DNA of 64,000 nucleotides from Azolla caroliniana (taxonomy: Eukaryota > Plantae > Polypodiophyta), in NCBI GenBank assembly GCA_043228905.1, contig JBHGNT010000001.1:24924001-24988000 (forward strand). The letters are read 5' to 3'. A program made the position numbers and the translations under genes. Positions 13,041 through 26,229 of this stretch are shown here, piece by piece. A model generated the notes under the pieces. That model saw only the letters and a program-made list of their open reading frames with translations, was not told where the DNA came from and did no database searches. Each line of letters opens with the position of its first letter. The stretch's first letter is position 1.

Positions 13041-13620
13041 ACGACTACTCCTGGTTGTTCCCTTTTCTCCAGATATGAGAACCACTCTTTATGGTTTGTC
13101 ATATGGTTTGACGCTCCGGAGTTAACGTACCACACTTCGTCCAATTTTGGGGTGGTCTTCTTCATCGAGTTCGTTTCGTGTCTTGTCACGAAGGCTGCCC
13201 TTTCCGAGTTTTTCGGATCCTTCGGCATAGTGCGTCTGCTGCTGATTTCCTTGTTCGGTCCGTCCAGATCCGGATCTGGTTTTCTCCGAATCGGCGCGCT
13301 TCTTCCAACACCCGCTCTCCTTGTGGCCTTTCTTGCCACAATACCAACATTCTACGGCGTGTTTCCCTTGCCGGTTCTCATTGCCTCCTCGACTCCCCTT
13401 GCTTTCGGAGGGTCCGGAATTGTTGTCGGCATCACCAAGATGCCTTCTTCATTGCTCCTGTCGGCCGTCTCCATTGCGCGCCGACTCGCCTTGTCTGCCA
13501 CGACCATGGGGCCTATCTCCCTTCGTGTACAACATCTTGTTGTCGGCGTGCGTGCTCGTCGATGCACCCGCGTGATTCTCCTCTACAAGGAGCATTGACT
13601 ACAAGTCGAAAAACGACGGA
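13041..13620 (-). mobile_element. Gag/protease part of the same Copia element as 1-2865, split by the Gypsy insertion
   Basis: Zinc knuckle CWYCGKKGHKESGC at about 13300-13350 and protease WYVNSGASNHMT. The frame EQPGVV at 13041 joins (V)TIGDDTPHP at 2865, matching PDRPGYVETGDNTTHP of the related element at 43406-44845. Confidence 0.9.
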
Positions 13621-13711
13621 ACGCCGTGAATTGGTGACGTGATAATTTATTCACTCGTCCGTCTCGGTAAAAGGCTTGATGTCCTTCTTTACGAGCTTGT
13701 ATGACTCGCGG

Positions 13712-14230
13712 TGTCATGGGCACACCAACCCTAGACTACGACGGAGCACGAATGACGAGGCTACGATCAATAAGGTTACAAACGTGGAACTCAACGTGAT
13801 GAGGCTAGAAACTCAAGAAGTTGGGAGCGACGAGATGAGGAACTTAAGACGCTAGGAACAATACAAGAGCATAAAGATAGAGATGTAAATCAAGGAGAGA
13901 AGACGAGGCTAAACAAGAATACTAGATTGATGTGTTAGTGACTGGTGTTGAATCCCTTGAAAGGGATCAAGGAAGTTACAAGTATTTATACATGTTTGTG
14001 GCCTCTACATGTAGTTCCATGCATCAACCCATTTTCATGCAGAAGCTTCTAGAGCTTTCTAGAAGCTTCTAAAAACTCCTAGAAATTGGAATAGATAATC
14101 TACTAATAATCTACTAAGATATAAATTATATGACTATGTATTTGGACGTGTTGGTTAGAATATAATACTTGACTATATACAAGAGGTGAAGAGTTCGAAT
14201 CTTGACATGATTGTTGTCATGTCCGTGACA
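13712..14230 (-). mobile_element. Gypsy-type 3' LTR with adjacent PPT and a short internal remnant (to about 14470)
   Basis: tgtcatggg...ccgtgaca; minus-strand PPT AAAAGGGAGGACAA at 14231-14244; minus-strand TATAAATA at about 13982-13990. Confidence 0.8.
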
Positions 14231-14470
14231 TTGTCCTCCCTTTTACTGCCACCTTTTCGGAAGTGTGACACGCAGCATACAAGTTTTACGGTGCTCAATT
14301 TGCATCTTGGTGAGGTCGTCATCTAACCCTCAAAGGATTAGTCTCTTCTTAAAAAAGGTGAGTCTAGATAGGGTCACCGCCTAACCCTCGAAGAATTGGT
14401 CTCTTCTTAAAAAAGGTGATTCTAGATTCTAAGTCCTTAAACTAAAAGACTAAAGCTCTCTTCCTAGCAG

Positions 14471-15338
14471 TGTCACGACCCACCCTCCATTTTAGAAAAA
14501 GCATGGATTGTTATGTGCTAAGCCTCTCCCATCATTATATAAGGATGGGGAGCACAATGTAATAAAATGGGGATAAATAAATAAATTATGGGGTGATTAT
14601 TAGGGTCTAAATATTGATTAATATAATAATCGTGGGATTCAAGAGGTTTTCGATCTCTCTTCCAAATCTATTTGTATCTATTCCAAAGTATAATTAGGGT
14701 TTTGAATATTAATAAAACTAAAAAACTATACTTGTGGGATTCACAAGTTTCTATCTCTCTTTCTTATAATCTATTTATATTCTTATTAGCCTTAAAACTC
14801 TCCTCCTCCTAGTCCAAAACTAGTGGTTCCTACCCGACTCACGCAACAATCCAACACTGAAAGGCACGACACATTTGGTGAACCCGACGTGAAGACGAGC
14901 AGTAAGGAGATGGAGAATCAACAAGAGGCAATCAATACGATGATGATGTTCGAGCGGATGTTGCAAGAACAACACGAGATGCCGGAGATAGTGGTGGTAG
15001 TAAAACGGCTCGTGCAACGGAACGGGCAATTCGACGGAAAGAATGTGTCATGCTATGTACAGGACTACAAGGTGGAGATGCTGCAATATGGATCTCAGAA
15101 AGATTGCAAGTGATATCCTTCAATCGGGTGGCCATGGATGAGCTGCAAGAGAGCATCCACAAGTTACGACAACAAAACTCGACGTGGGTGTCCTTCGAAG
15201 AAGCTATATTGGAAGCATATGATTACGCAAGACCAAAGGGACGAGATCGGCGCGAGTTCGTCGAGTGGGTGGCATCATCAAAGACCCACCAAAGCACAAC
15301 ACAAGCATTCCTAGAGTGTATCATTTTGCTCAACTCTC
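14471..15338 (+). mobile_element. 5' LTR, tRNA-Trp PBS and gag start of a Gypsy element (gag resumes at 22209-22247)
   Basis: LTR 14471-14871 (tgtcacg...cacgaca); PBS TGGTGAACCCGACGTGAA at 14876-14893; gag from ATG 14910 (NGQFDGKNVSCYVQDYKVEM...FAQLS) continues after the Copia insertion as LSKREQ*LVGVDK. Confidence 0.82.
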
Positions 15339-18014
15339 TGACAAGAATATGCAGAATATTGCTCGGTCACAACCAAGTCTTAGAATCAACCACAGAAAGA
15401 TGGGAATGGGGAGAAATGCACGTATACACACATTTAATAGAACAAGAGAGAGTACACAAGATGTTTACGTGGAAAAAAACCCTAAACGGGAAAAACCACG
15501 GGAGCCCACTACCTCCAACTATCACTATGTAAGGAGAATACAACAGGAGGAGCACAGAGGCAACGACCTTGTGCTCTCAATCTTCGCCAACAGGCAGTTA
15601 CAACAGAGATTGTTTAGGTCTCTCTCTCTCTCTGTGTGTTACACTCTGTACAACAGTTACACCCAAAAATGACCAACAACATGATACCTGTTTGCCCTAG
15701 GTCATATTAATACTACTATGACTTTCGATCTATTTACAAATATAGCCGCAATGGGCTAACAGAAACATATTTACATCTATGTCCCTTCATCCAGTGAGAG
15801 GTTCTCACCGGGCCTGCGTCCTCTGGTTCTCACCGGGTCTTCCTTGCCGGGTACTCATATCCCATCCGGAGGGACCGAAATCCTAACAAACTCGCCCTTC
15901 ACTTCGGCATGGGATGCCTCGTCATTCCGATCCGCTTCCGTCATGCGTCCAGCTTGTTGGGTGTCAGCACCTTGGTCAGCATATCCGACCCGTTCTCCTC
16001 CGTGTGGATCTTCGTCAGCACGAACTCTCGATCTTCTACTCGCTCCCGGATCCAGTGGTACCTACGCTGGATGTGCTTCGTTCTAGAATGGTATGTCGTG
16101 TTCTTTGCAAGGTGGATGGCACTTTGACTGTCGCAATAGAGCCGGTATTCCTCTTGCCGGATCCCTAGCTCTCCGATGAAGTCCTTCATCCACAGTATTT
16201 CCTTGTCGGCTTCCACAACTACCATGTACTCCGCTTCCGTGGTCGACAACGCAACTGTCTTCTACAGCCTCGACTGCCACGAAACAACTCCCCCTGCATA
16301 TGTCATGACGTATCTAGATGTTGACCGGCTGGTATCCACATCAACCGACATATCCGAATCAGTGAAACTGTCAAGTTGGGGTTTACCGGAGCCGAATTGG
16401 AGACACGTACTTGAGGTGCCTGTCAAGTATCGGAGTATCCATTTTACCGCATTCCAGTGCTCCTTGCCGGGATTGCTCATAAACCGGCTCACCACTTCGA
16501 CTGCGTATCCGATATCCGGTTGGGTACACACCATTGCGTACATTAAGCTCCCGACGGCAGAGGCATATGGTATCTTCATCATATCCGCCTTCTCTGCCTT
16601 TGTCTTTGGGCTTTGCTTACCGGATAACCTGCAATTTGTCGGGAGTGTCGATCCGACCGGTTTCGCATCTGACATGTTGAACCGCTGAAGCACCTTTGTC
16701 ACGTACTTCTCCTGTGACAGCCACAATTGCTTCTTTGACCGGTCCCGGATGATATGCATCCCTAGTATTTGTCTTGCCGAACCCAAGTCTTTCATTGAGA
16801 AGGTTTGGTTCAGAGACTTCTTCAGCATCTGTATCTTGACTTGGTCTCGTCCGACGATCAACATGTCGTCCACATATAGGAGGAGTATAAGGAAGTCTCC
16901 ACCTTCCCTTTCTTCACAAATCCCTCCGGTTGTTGCATGTAGATCTCCTCTTCAAGGTCGCCATGGAGGAACGTCGTCTTCACGTCTAACTACTCTACCT
17001 CGAGGTCCATGCTTGCCGTTATGCTCAACACCGTCCGGATGGAAGTCATCTTTACTACCGGGGCAAATATCTTGTCAAAGTCCACGCCCTTCTTCTACTG
17101 GAACCCTTCACCAGGATCTTGGCTTTGTATCTCGGGGGGTTACCGGCATCTCCCGATTTCAGCTTGTACACCCACTTATTCCGGAGTGCCCGCTTTCCTT
17201 TCGGCAACTCCATCAGTTCATACGTGTGGTTCTCATGTAGGGAATCCATCTCGTCCTCCATGGCACTCACTTGCGGCTGTGGGTGTCCTCCTTTGCTTCT
17301 TCTAAGATTTCCGGCTCCACTCATCGGTTAGCAGCACGCGCTCTGCATCCGGAAATCTCTGGGGGGCCCTTCTCTCTCTGAGAGGATATCTCCGTCTTTG
17401 GCTTTTAGCAACCGGCTCCTCTGTTTGTTCTTCATCTGAATCCGATTTGGGGTCTTGGCCGGTTCCGGTTTCAGCTTCTTCTTCTTCTTCTTCTTCTGCC
17501 GGTTCGGTATCCTCACCGTAACCGGCCGGTTCTTCGAGTGTCAACCGGCTCTTAGCCAGGTAGGTCCGTATCTCATCGAACCGATCCTTACCGGTTGCCT
17601 CGAAGTTCATTATCTTCTTCTCCGACTCCTAGTCGGCAAGGGTCTTGTCCTCTATGAAGATAATATCTCGACTCCAGAAAACCTTCTTGTCGACCGGATC
17701 CCACACTCGGTAGCGGAACTCATCATCGCCGTATCCGAGGAATATGCAGGGCCGGGACTTTGGATCCAACTTTGCTCTCTGGTCCTTTGCAACATGCATG
17801 TAAGCGAGACACCCGAAAACCTTCAAATGCCGATAAGACACTTCCTTACTGGTCCACACTCTCTGCGTCGTGTCTCCGTCCAAGGGCACTGAGGGTGATC
17901 TGTTTATCACGTACGTTGCTGTTGCTAGCGCCTCAGCCCAAAACGTCTTGGGTAACTTTGCATGTGCCAACATACTCCGGACCCTCTCCATTATGGTCCG
18001 GTAACTTTGCATGT

Positions 18015-21000
18015 ACTGCCGCTCGAAGGGAATCCGGCTTGAATTACCGCGCCGAAGACGCCGGAACTAAACGGACTGGCCGAGAGGATGAACCGGACCA
18101 TAATGGAGAGGGTCCGGAGTATGCTAGCGCATGCAAAACTACCCAAGAAGTTTTGGGCTGAGGCATTGTCGACGGCGACATACGTGATAAACAGATCACC
18201 CTCAGTACCCCTAGACGGAGACACGCCACAGAGAGTATGGACCGGTAAGGAAGTGTCCTACCGGCATCTGAAGGTGTTCGGGTGTCTCGCGTACGTGCAT
18301 GTAGCAAAGGACCGGAGAGGAAAGTTAGATCCAAAGACCCGGCCATGCATATTCCTCGGTTACGGTGACAATGAGTTCGGCTACCGAGTGTGGGACCCGG
18401 TGGACAAGAAGGTATTCCGGAGTCGAGATATTATCTTCAAGGAGGACAAGATGCTCGCCGACTGGGAGTCGGAGAAGAAGATAATGAACTCCGAGTCGAC
18501 TGGTAAGGATCGACTCTACGATGAGCAGACCCAACCGGCAAGAGACCGGTTAGCACTCGAGGAACCAGCCGGTTACGGTGAGGATACCGAACCGGCAAAA
18601 GAAGAAGTAGAGGAAGCTGAGACCGGAACCGGCCAAGAACCCGAATCGGATTCAGATGAAGAGAAAATGGAGGAGCCGGTTACCGAAGCCTGAAGACGTA
18701 GATATCCTCTCAGAGAGAAAAGGGCGCCCCGGAGATTTCCGGATGCAGAGCATGTTCTGCTGACCGATGAGGGGGAGCCGGAAAGCTTCGAAGAAGCGAA
18801 GGATGACACCCACAGCCGAAAATGGTTAAGTGACATGCAGGATGAGATGGATTCCCTGCATGAGAACCATACATACGAATTGGTGGAGTTGCCGAAAGGA
18901 AAGCGGGCACTCCAAAACAAGTGGGTGTACAAGTTGAAACCGGGAGATGCCGGCAACCCCCCGAGATACAAAGCCAGGATCGTGGTGAAGGGGTTCCAGT
19001 AGAAGAAGGGCGTGGACTTCGACGAGATATTTGCCCCGGTAGTAAAGATGACCTCCATCCGGACGGTGCTGAGTATAGCAGCAGGCATGGACCTCGAGGT
19101 AGAGCAGTTGGATGTGAAGACGGCATTCCTTCACGGCGACCTCGAAGAGGAGATTTACATGCAGCAACCAGAAGGATTCGTGGAGAAAGGGAAGGAGCAC
19201 TTGGTATGCCGGTTGAAGAAGAGCCTGTACGGATTGAAGCCGGCTCCCCGAAAATGGTACCGGAAGTTCGACTCCTTCATGACCGATCAAGGGTACCACA
19301 AGACGCAGGCCGATCACTGCGTGTTTGTGAAGAAGTTCGAAGGAGGGGACTTCCTGATACTCCTCCTGTACGTGGATGACATGTTGATCGTCGGACGAGA
19401 CCAAGTAAAAATACGGATGTTGAAGAAGGCTCTCAACCGGACCTTCTCAATGAAAGACTTGGGTCCGGCAAGACAGATGCTGGGGATGCACATCATTCGG
19501 GACCGGTCAAAGAAGCAATTGTGCATGTCACAGGAGAAGTACGTGACAAAGGTGCTTCACCGGTTCAACATGTCAGATGCGAAACCGGTCGGATCGACAC
19601 TTACGGCAAACTTCAAGCTATCCGGTAAGCAAAGCCCAAAGACGAAAGTAGAGAAGGCGGATATGATGAAGATCCCATATGCCTCTGCCGTCGGGAGCTT
19701 GATGTACGCAATGCTCTGTACCCGACCAGACATTGGATACGCGGTCGGAGTGGTGAGCCGGTTTATGAGAAATCCCGGCAAGGAGCACTGGAACGCGGTC
19801 AAATGGATACTCCGGTATTTGAAGGGCACTTCAAATATGTGTCTCCGATTCGGCTCCGGAAAACCTCAACTGGACGGTTTCACCGATTCGGACATGTCGG
19901 CTGATTTGGATACCAGTCGGTCTACATCCGGGTATGTGATGACATATGCAGGGGGAGCTATTTCGTGGCAGTCGAGGCTGCAGAAGACGGTTGCATTGTC
20001 AACCACAGAGGCGGAGTACATGGCGGCTGTGGAAGCCGGCAAGGAAATATTATGGATGAAGGACTTCATCGGAGAGCTCGGTATCCGGTAAGAGGAATAC
20101 CGACTCTACTGCGACAGTCAAAGTGCCATCCACCTTGCTAAGAATGCGGCCTACCATTCCCGGACGAAGCATATCCAGCGGAGGTATCACTGGATCCGGG
20201 AAAGAGTAGATGACCAGGAGTTCGCACTGACGAAGATCCACACGGCCGAGAACGGGTCATATATGCTGACCAAAGTGCTGACACCCGACAAGCTGGACGC
20301 ATGTCGGAAGAGGATCAGACTGGTAAGACACCCCATGCCGGAGTGAAGGGGGAGTTTGTTGGGAGATAGGTCCCTCCGGATGGGAAGGAAGAAGAACAGT
20401 GCCGATGAACAAACTCGGTCGAGGCCGAAACTGTATGAGGAGGACCCGGCTACGGAGAGCCGGATGGTGCAGGCCCGGTATGAACCGGATGAGGAGTACT
20501 CGGTTACGGAGAGCCGGATGGTACAGACCCGGTATGAACCGGATGAGGAGTACCCGGCTACGGAGAGCCGGATGGTGCAGACCCGGTATGAACCGGATGA
20601 GGAGTACCCGGCTACGGAGAGCCGGATGGTACAGACCCGGTATGAACCGGATGAGGAGTACCCGGCTACGGAGAGCCGGATGGTACAGACCCGGTGAGAA
20701 CCGGATGAGGAGTACCCGGCTACGGAGAGCCGGATGGTACAGACCCGGTATGAACCGGATGAGGAGTACCCGGCTACGGAGAGCCGGATGGTACAGACCC
20801 GGTGAGAACCGGATGAGGAGTACCCGGTTACGGAGAGCCGGATGGTACAGACCCGGTGAGAACCGGATGAGGAGTACCCGGTTACGGAGAGCCGGATGGT
20901 ACAGACCCGGTGAGAACCGGATGAAGAGACATATTTGTAAATATGTTTCTGAGAGCCCATCGAGGCTACATTTGTAAATAGCCGAAAAGTCATATTAGTA

Positions 21001-21387
21001 TAAATATGACTTAGGGCAAACTTTTAGTAACTGTAGTTATTGTCATTTTTCTTGTTGGTGCAAGAAGAAGAGACAGTACGTAACGTTGTACAGAGAGAGA
21101 GAGAGAGAAAGAGGTCGTTGCCTCTGTTGTAACCGCCACCTGTGGCGAAGATCGTGAGTCCGAGGTCGTTGCCTCCGTGAACTCACTGTTTTGTACATTC
21201 TTACATAGTGACAGTTTGCAGCCTGTGGGCTGCCGTGGTTTTTCCCCTAGTTTGGGGTTTTTTCCACGTAAACCTCCGTGTAATTTTTCCTTCCTCTTTG
21301 AGTCGCGTCTTATTCCCGTTTTCTGTGTGTCAATCTAAGCTCGGTTGTGGCAGCGTCTTGCGCATAAGGAACGACCAGTTCCCGTCA
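18015..21387 (+). mobile_element. 3' half of a second Tork-like Copia (integrase C-terminus, RT, RNase H, PPT, 3' LTR 20357-about 21387)
   Basis: ORFs 18088-18693 and 19012-20091 (LYVDDMLIV, FTDSDM); PPT GAAGGGGGAG at about 20345-20354; LTR starts tgttggg at 20357. The LTR end is less certain. Confidence 0.9.
20435..20920 (+). repeat. Nine tandem copies of a 54-bp unit inside the Copia LTR U3
   Basis: Unit ATGAGGAGTACCCGGCTACGGAGAGCCGGATGGTACAGACCCGGT(AT/GA)GAACCGG; nine 18-aa repeats are visible in ORF 20399-20977. Confidence 0.95.
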
Positions 21388-21835
21388 TCGCGTTATTACG
21401 CGCGTGCGTTTAGAAGGGCGGGACCACGGGGGTCTTGGACTAGGGAGTGACGGAGCGTAGGAAGTCGTGCTTCACCATTTCCGGGGCATCCCAGAAGCAC
21501 ACCGGAAGCAACCGAAGGGAGAGAGAGAGAGAGAGCAAGCACGCAACATTGACTCTCGCACACACGCACACCAACAAAGACACGAATATGGACAACCAAA
21601 TGTATATGTATTTACAAGACAATGAGATTCAACACCGACTTCGAGCCGGACCTAGGTCGCATAAGATACAACCGTTGTCTACTGCCAAGCCGCCGGTCGG
21701 GGAGCTCTCGGGCTTGTCGCACCGAGCGGGGTCTTGCACAGAGTACAAGGCAAAAAACCGGAACGCTAGATGCCAAGGCTCGACGCATAGAAGGACGAAG
21801 AAGAAGCAGAGGAGAGCAAGAAGAAGAAACCCTAA

Positions 21836-21883
<48 letters not shown>

Positions 21884-22135
21884 TCTCTCCATCTAACGGT
21901 ATACCCTACTAATACAAAATGGGCAACCCCTCTACAAGGGACCATCCCTTCCTTTTATAGAACAAGGAGAGGGATGCGTTACAATGTGGGATAAATCCCG
22001 ATTTACATGGGATCCTTCGTCCCGACTTAACTCCTATTATTCACACAATTATATGAGGGTGAGTGCACATGGTCCACACCGCCGATGTAGCCAATATTTC
22101 CCGGTTTCCGCCTCTAGCCGAAATTCTTCACGACA
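21388..22135 (-). mobile_element. Truncated LTR of an unrelated element inserted into the 5' LTR of the outer Copia
   Basis: Ends in ...cacgaca at 22135, exactly where Copia LTR homology resumes; minus-strand CTATAAAAGG at about 21951-21960; GA microsatellites. Confidence 0.6.
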
Positions 22136-22247
22136 GCATCCTTCGGTTTTCACCGGGTCTTCCTTGCCGAGTACTCATATCCCATCCGGAGGGACCGAAA
22201 TACTAACACTCTCGAAGCGGGAACAATGATTGGTGGGAGTGGATAAA

Positions 22248-24480
22248 CTCTGGTAGCAAAGATGACGACGGTTCATGTGGTGCTGACAGTGGTTGTGGCA
22301 ACGGGGTGACATCTTCACCAAATGAATGTGAAGAATGTGTTTCTTCAAGGTGACCTTGAAGAACAGTTGTACATGATCTAGCCCCCCGGTTTTCACTCGA
22401 CGATGAACAAGTCGGTAGTTTGCCGACTGAGGAAGTCGCTTTACGGCCTGAAGCAAGCTCGGTTAGAAAAGCACACACCGGTGGCATAATATGGGGTTTG
22501 TGGCCTCTAAGTCCGACTCTTCACTGTTCATCCAGAAGGGTCCAAACGATCTGGTGTGCATTTTGTTATACGTCGACGACTTGGTCATCACCAGACCTGA
22601 CCTCGCTAAAATAGGCCAAGTAAAGTCCTGGTTGTCGGCCGCATTCGAAATGAAGGACTTGGGGGATCTTTATTATTTCCTTGGGATCGAAGTGATCCAC
22701 ACCCCGAACGGCATATTGCTCTCACATCGACATTATGTGTTGATATGTTGTACAAGTTCGGCGTGACAGATTGTCAACCAGTCTCCACACCCCTGGACTG
22801 GAACCTGAAGCTTCGTTCCACTGCAGACTGGCCTGCAACGAGAGAAGGTTCTAACAAATTGCTAAAAACCGCATTTACTTAACGATCAAATGACCCCACA
22901 TCAACTATCCGGTCGGAGCGATCAGCCAATTTATGCAGAGGCCAACTGTCGAGCACCTTTAGTGCGCGCATCAACTATTGAGGTATGTGAGCGGCACTAA
23001 GGATCATGGATTGTTATACCGACACGGTATAACCGAAACGCTAGTTGGTTATACAGATGTTGATTGGGTCGGTGATGCGTCGAATCATCGATCCACTTCC
23101 GGTTATATGTTCTCTCTCGGGAGCGTAGTTGTTGCGTGGAGCAACAAAAAGCAATCAACAATGGCTCTTTCGAGCATTGAGGCTGAGTATCAAGGCGCTA
23201 CAGTCGCCACTTGTGAAGCCATCTAGCTTCGGCAACTACTACAAGACCTTCGAATCGAAGTACCAACGCCGATCCCGATCTACAACGACAACATGAGTAG
23301 AATGTAGTTGGCCAAGAACCCTGTGTTCCATACTCAGACAAAGCACATAGAAGTGCATTATCACTTTGTGTGCGAGTAGGTCCTCAACGGTGAAGTCGAA
23401 CTTCGGTACGTTTGGATAGATCGGTAGGTTGCCAACATCTTCACCAAGGCACTTGGGACCGACAAGTTGCAACATTTTCCGAAGATGCTTGGTCTTCAGC
23501 ATCTCGACATGCCGCACTTCAGGGGGAGAACAGGAACGGAAACTAGGGAAAACAGGTAAAACCGAAGAGAAGGAAACAACCGAAACCGAGGGAGACAAGG
23601 ATGAAAATGAAGCCGAATCCGAACAAGTCAGAACAAGTGGCTACGGCGGCAGAGTCAAGAAGGACAAAGCCGACCAGAAGTAGAAGGCCAAGACGCAAAC
23701 ATGGTCTGATGTGGTAAAGGGCCTAAAGATTGAAGACGAATTGGAGACAACCAATTCGGACAAGAGCTGGAATGAATCGAAGGCACATGATTCGGAGGAG
23801 TCGAATCAAAAGAAGTCCAAATGGATAAGAAGGCAGCCAAAGTCGACATTGACATGGAGGAACCGACGGGTCGAGAAGCGCCAAAGTCATAGCAGTGAGG
23901 GAGCTGAGTTGGGCCTTATGAGTAGGCAAGCCGATCAAGAAGGTCGAGGTGTGTGGAACCTGACGGGTTGAGGAGTGCGAGCAAGGCGGAAGATGCCAGG
24001 AGGAGCCGGAGGGAAGGACTGGCAGACACTGACACCACGATCCGACCTCATGTTGAGCTTGAGGGGGAGTGTTGAGTGGACAAACTCAACCGGATCCGGA
24101 TCGGTATCCAGAACGTAGAACCGGATAGGTATCCGGATCGGAGAGCCGGATCGGATTGTAACAGGTAGGCCGTTAGAGGTCTACGATCCTAGCCTAGTAT
24201 GTAGGCATATTTTTAGGAGTCAGTATTAGTAGCTCGGTACGAGCATTGAACTACTAGGTACTTCTGTCAGTCCTTTCAAGGACTTCTATAAAGTGCTCTC
24301 TGAGCACATTGTATGTATAGAGTGTTAGTTTGAAATTGAGTTAATACTGTTCTGCTCTATTTGTCTCTCCCAAGTACTCTCTCTGTGTGACTTAAGCTTT
24401 CCATTAAACTTGTGTATATTCTCTGTTGCTATCCAGTGAAGCCGATTTTGTCTACAAGCTTCCGCACGCAATTCTTCACA
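22248..24480 (+). mobile_element. 5'-truncated degenerate Ale-like Copia (RT, RNase H, 3' spacer, PPT, LTR 24070-24480)
   Basis: PVAKMTTV-like start, LLYVDDLVI (22491-22766), GYTDVDW...STSGY (22978-23226), KHIEVHYHF; PPT GAGGGGGAG at 24061-24069; LTR tgttgag...cttcaca. Confidence 0.9.
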
Positions 24481-26229
24481 AATATGTTACTTCACTTTGA
24501 ATTATTGCATCCTCATCAAGCTTTCGCACTCGTTTTCTCGTAATAGGGCATGTGTACTATTTTTAATGCAAGATATCCAAAGGCATACAAGATAACTCAC
24601 TGAGAAAAAATAGTGAGAGAAGCGCAAAAGTGAACCCTTCTCGGTTTCCTCCTTTCCACGTGATTTTCACACCGTTGCCAAAAATCTTTACGACAACGTG
24701 TCCTATAGGACACTATTCGATTCAGCCGGGGATGGGACATCGAAGTACTCTGTAGGAAACACAAAAAGCAATAAAACGTTGCTCCTTGAAGATAAGTCGT
24801 CAGAACATAAGTTTAAAATTTATTTAAATTTAGAATGGAGTCTTGCGTACATCAAGGAAGATGGAATGCTTCTACTAATATTCACAAAGTCAAAGGGTAA
24901 AGATAAGCTCCAGGTTGAGAAAACCTTTACTTATGGTAAAGTGTGTAATATAAAATATGAAGATAGTGATTCGCCCAATATCTTCATCAACGTAGAGAGA
25001 TCGGGTGGTACCAGGCGAGTGTGGTTGGATGAAGGAAACTTGGTTGCTGAAAGTTGCCACCCGAAATCATTACGCAAGGACATGCAAACAAAAAATAATT
25101 TAATAGTTTCTCTTCAGCCATATGTAATCGGGGAGATGCACATAAGCGGAGACTCCACCAAAATAGTCTCGGAAATCAAAAGTTGAACACAAGAAGTATA
25201 AAAAACGAGTGAGATCAGATGAAGAATAGCTCGAGCTCTTAAAGTTCATGGAGGAGGAAGAGGACGAGCCACAACTTGAGGTAGTGACTCTAGGAGGACA
25301 AATATCTTCTAGTGTATTGACTTCTAAGCAAAATAAGATAAGAGAGAATATAGCTAAGAAAAAACTTGTCCGTAAAGGACAACTATTCCATCTACCCATT
25401 ACTTCAATCTAGAGGCCACTAGTTGATTGTGTGATAGGAAGACGCCCACTCGAGATACCAGATCAATGTAAAACAGTAGCAGACTCCAAGTATAGTTCTA
25501 TAGAAGATTATACATATTATGTCATTGGAGGATCCCATTCAGATGAAGCCCGTCGACAACTAGTGAAAGAATATCCTCTCACCCCCATTCTTTAAGTACG
25601 CAAAATACAAAGTATATGCAAGTCTCACTCATGAAGAGGCCAAGTTGTTGTCTTGGGATCACAACAATGATAATGATTATAGATAGAAGATGTCTTGTTA
25701 CAGTATCGAACACATCAGATTCTTTCATCGTGAGTATCTCGATGCATTGCAAAGGTTTGACCCCAACCTGCACCTTAGAGGTTTGCATCGTCAGTGTCTA
25801 TTATAGGTGGGGATTGTAGTTGATGAGAATACAAAATCAAAAGGGCTACGAAAATATGACTCGTGGTTTCAAATAGCTTTTAGAACCGGCGAGGTATGGG
25901 ATCTTCAAGACAAAATATTTACCATGTGGGAATGTAATGAGGTAGAAGGGCAAAGGGCAAAGATGGGAAAGATGGGAAAGTTAGATCTGCAAGTTGAAAT
26001 GAAGACAAAATCACATAAAAGTGACTTAGTTATTGAAGAGTTGGCGAAATACATGAAATTGCTACCATGGAGGTCATTGCAAGGTATTAAAGATGACAGA
26101 TCGTTAATATTTGTACTTTCTCGGGTTGCAACCAAGGAGTTTAGCTTAGACAAGATGGTCACTAAGTTACAAAAGTAAGTAATATTGTTATGTTACTCAT
26201 ATATTTGCTTGTTCTTTTGCATTGATGAC

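Larger units (their letters stand above)
15339..22208 (-). mobile_element. Rearranged Tork/Tnt1-like Copia element (outer element) with perfect TSD CTCTC
   Basis: TSD at 15334-15338 and 22209-22213; 3' LTR 15339-15888; residual 5' LTR start 22136-22208 matches about 15815-15888; degenerate INT-RT-RH at 15889-18000 (ORFs 17629-18012, 16262-16873, 15941-16249). Confidence 0.88.

Noticed and set aside
15312-15338. LTR end at 15317 (TGT) with TSD TAGAG
   Set aside because: No matching TSD. The boundary at 15339 gives a perfect CTCTC TSD and restores the interrupted gag.
20435-20920. CRISPR-like array or repeat-protein gene (ORFs 20187-20993, 20356-20697, 20399-20977)
   Set aside because: Units are contiguous with no unique spacers and lie inside an LTR. 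The ORFs arise because the 54-bp unit is a multiple of three.
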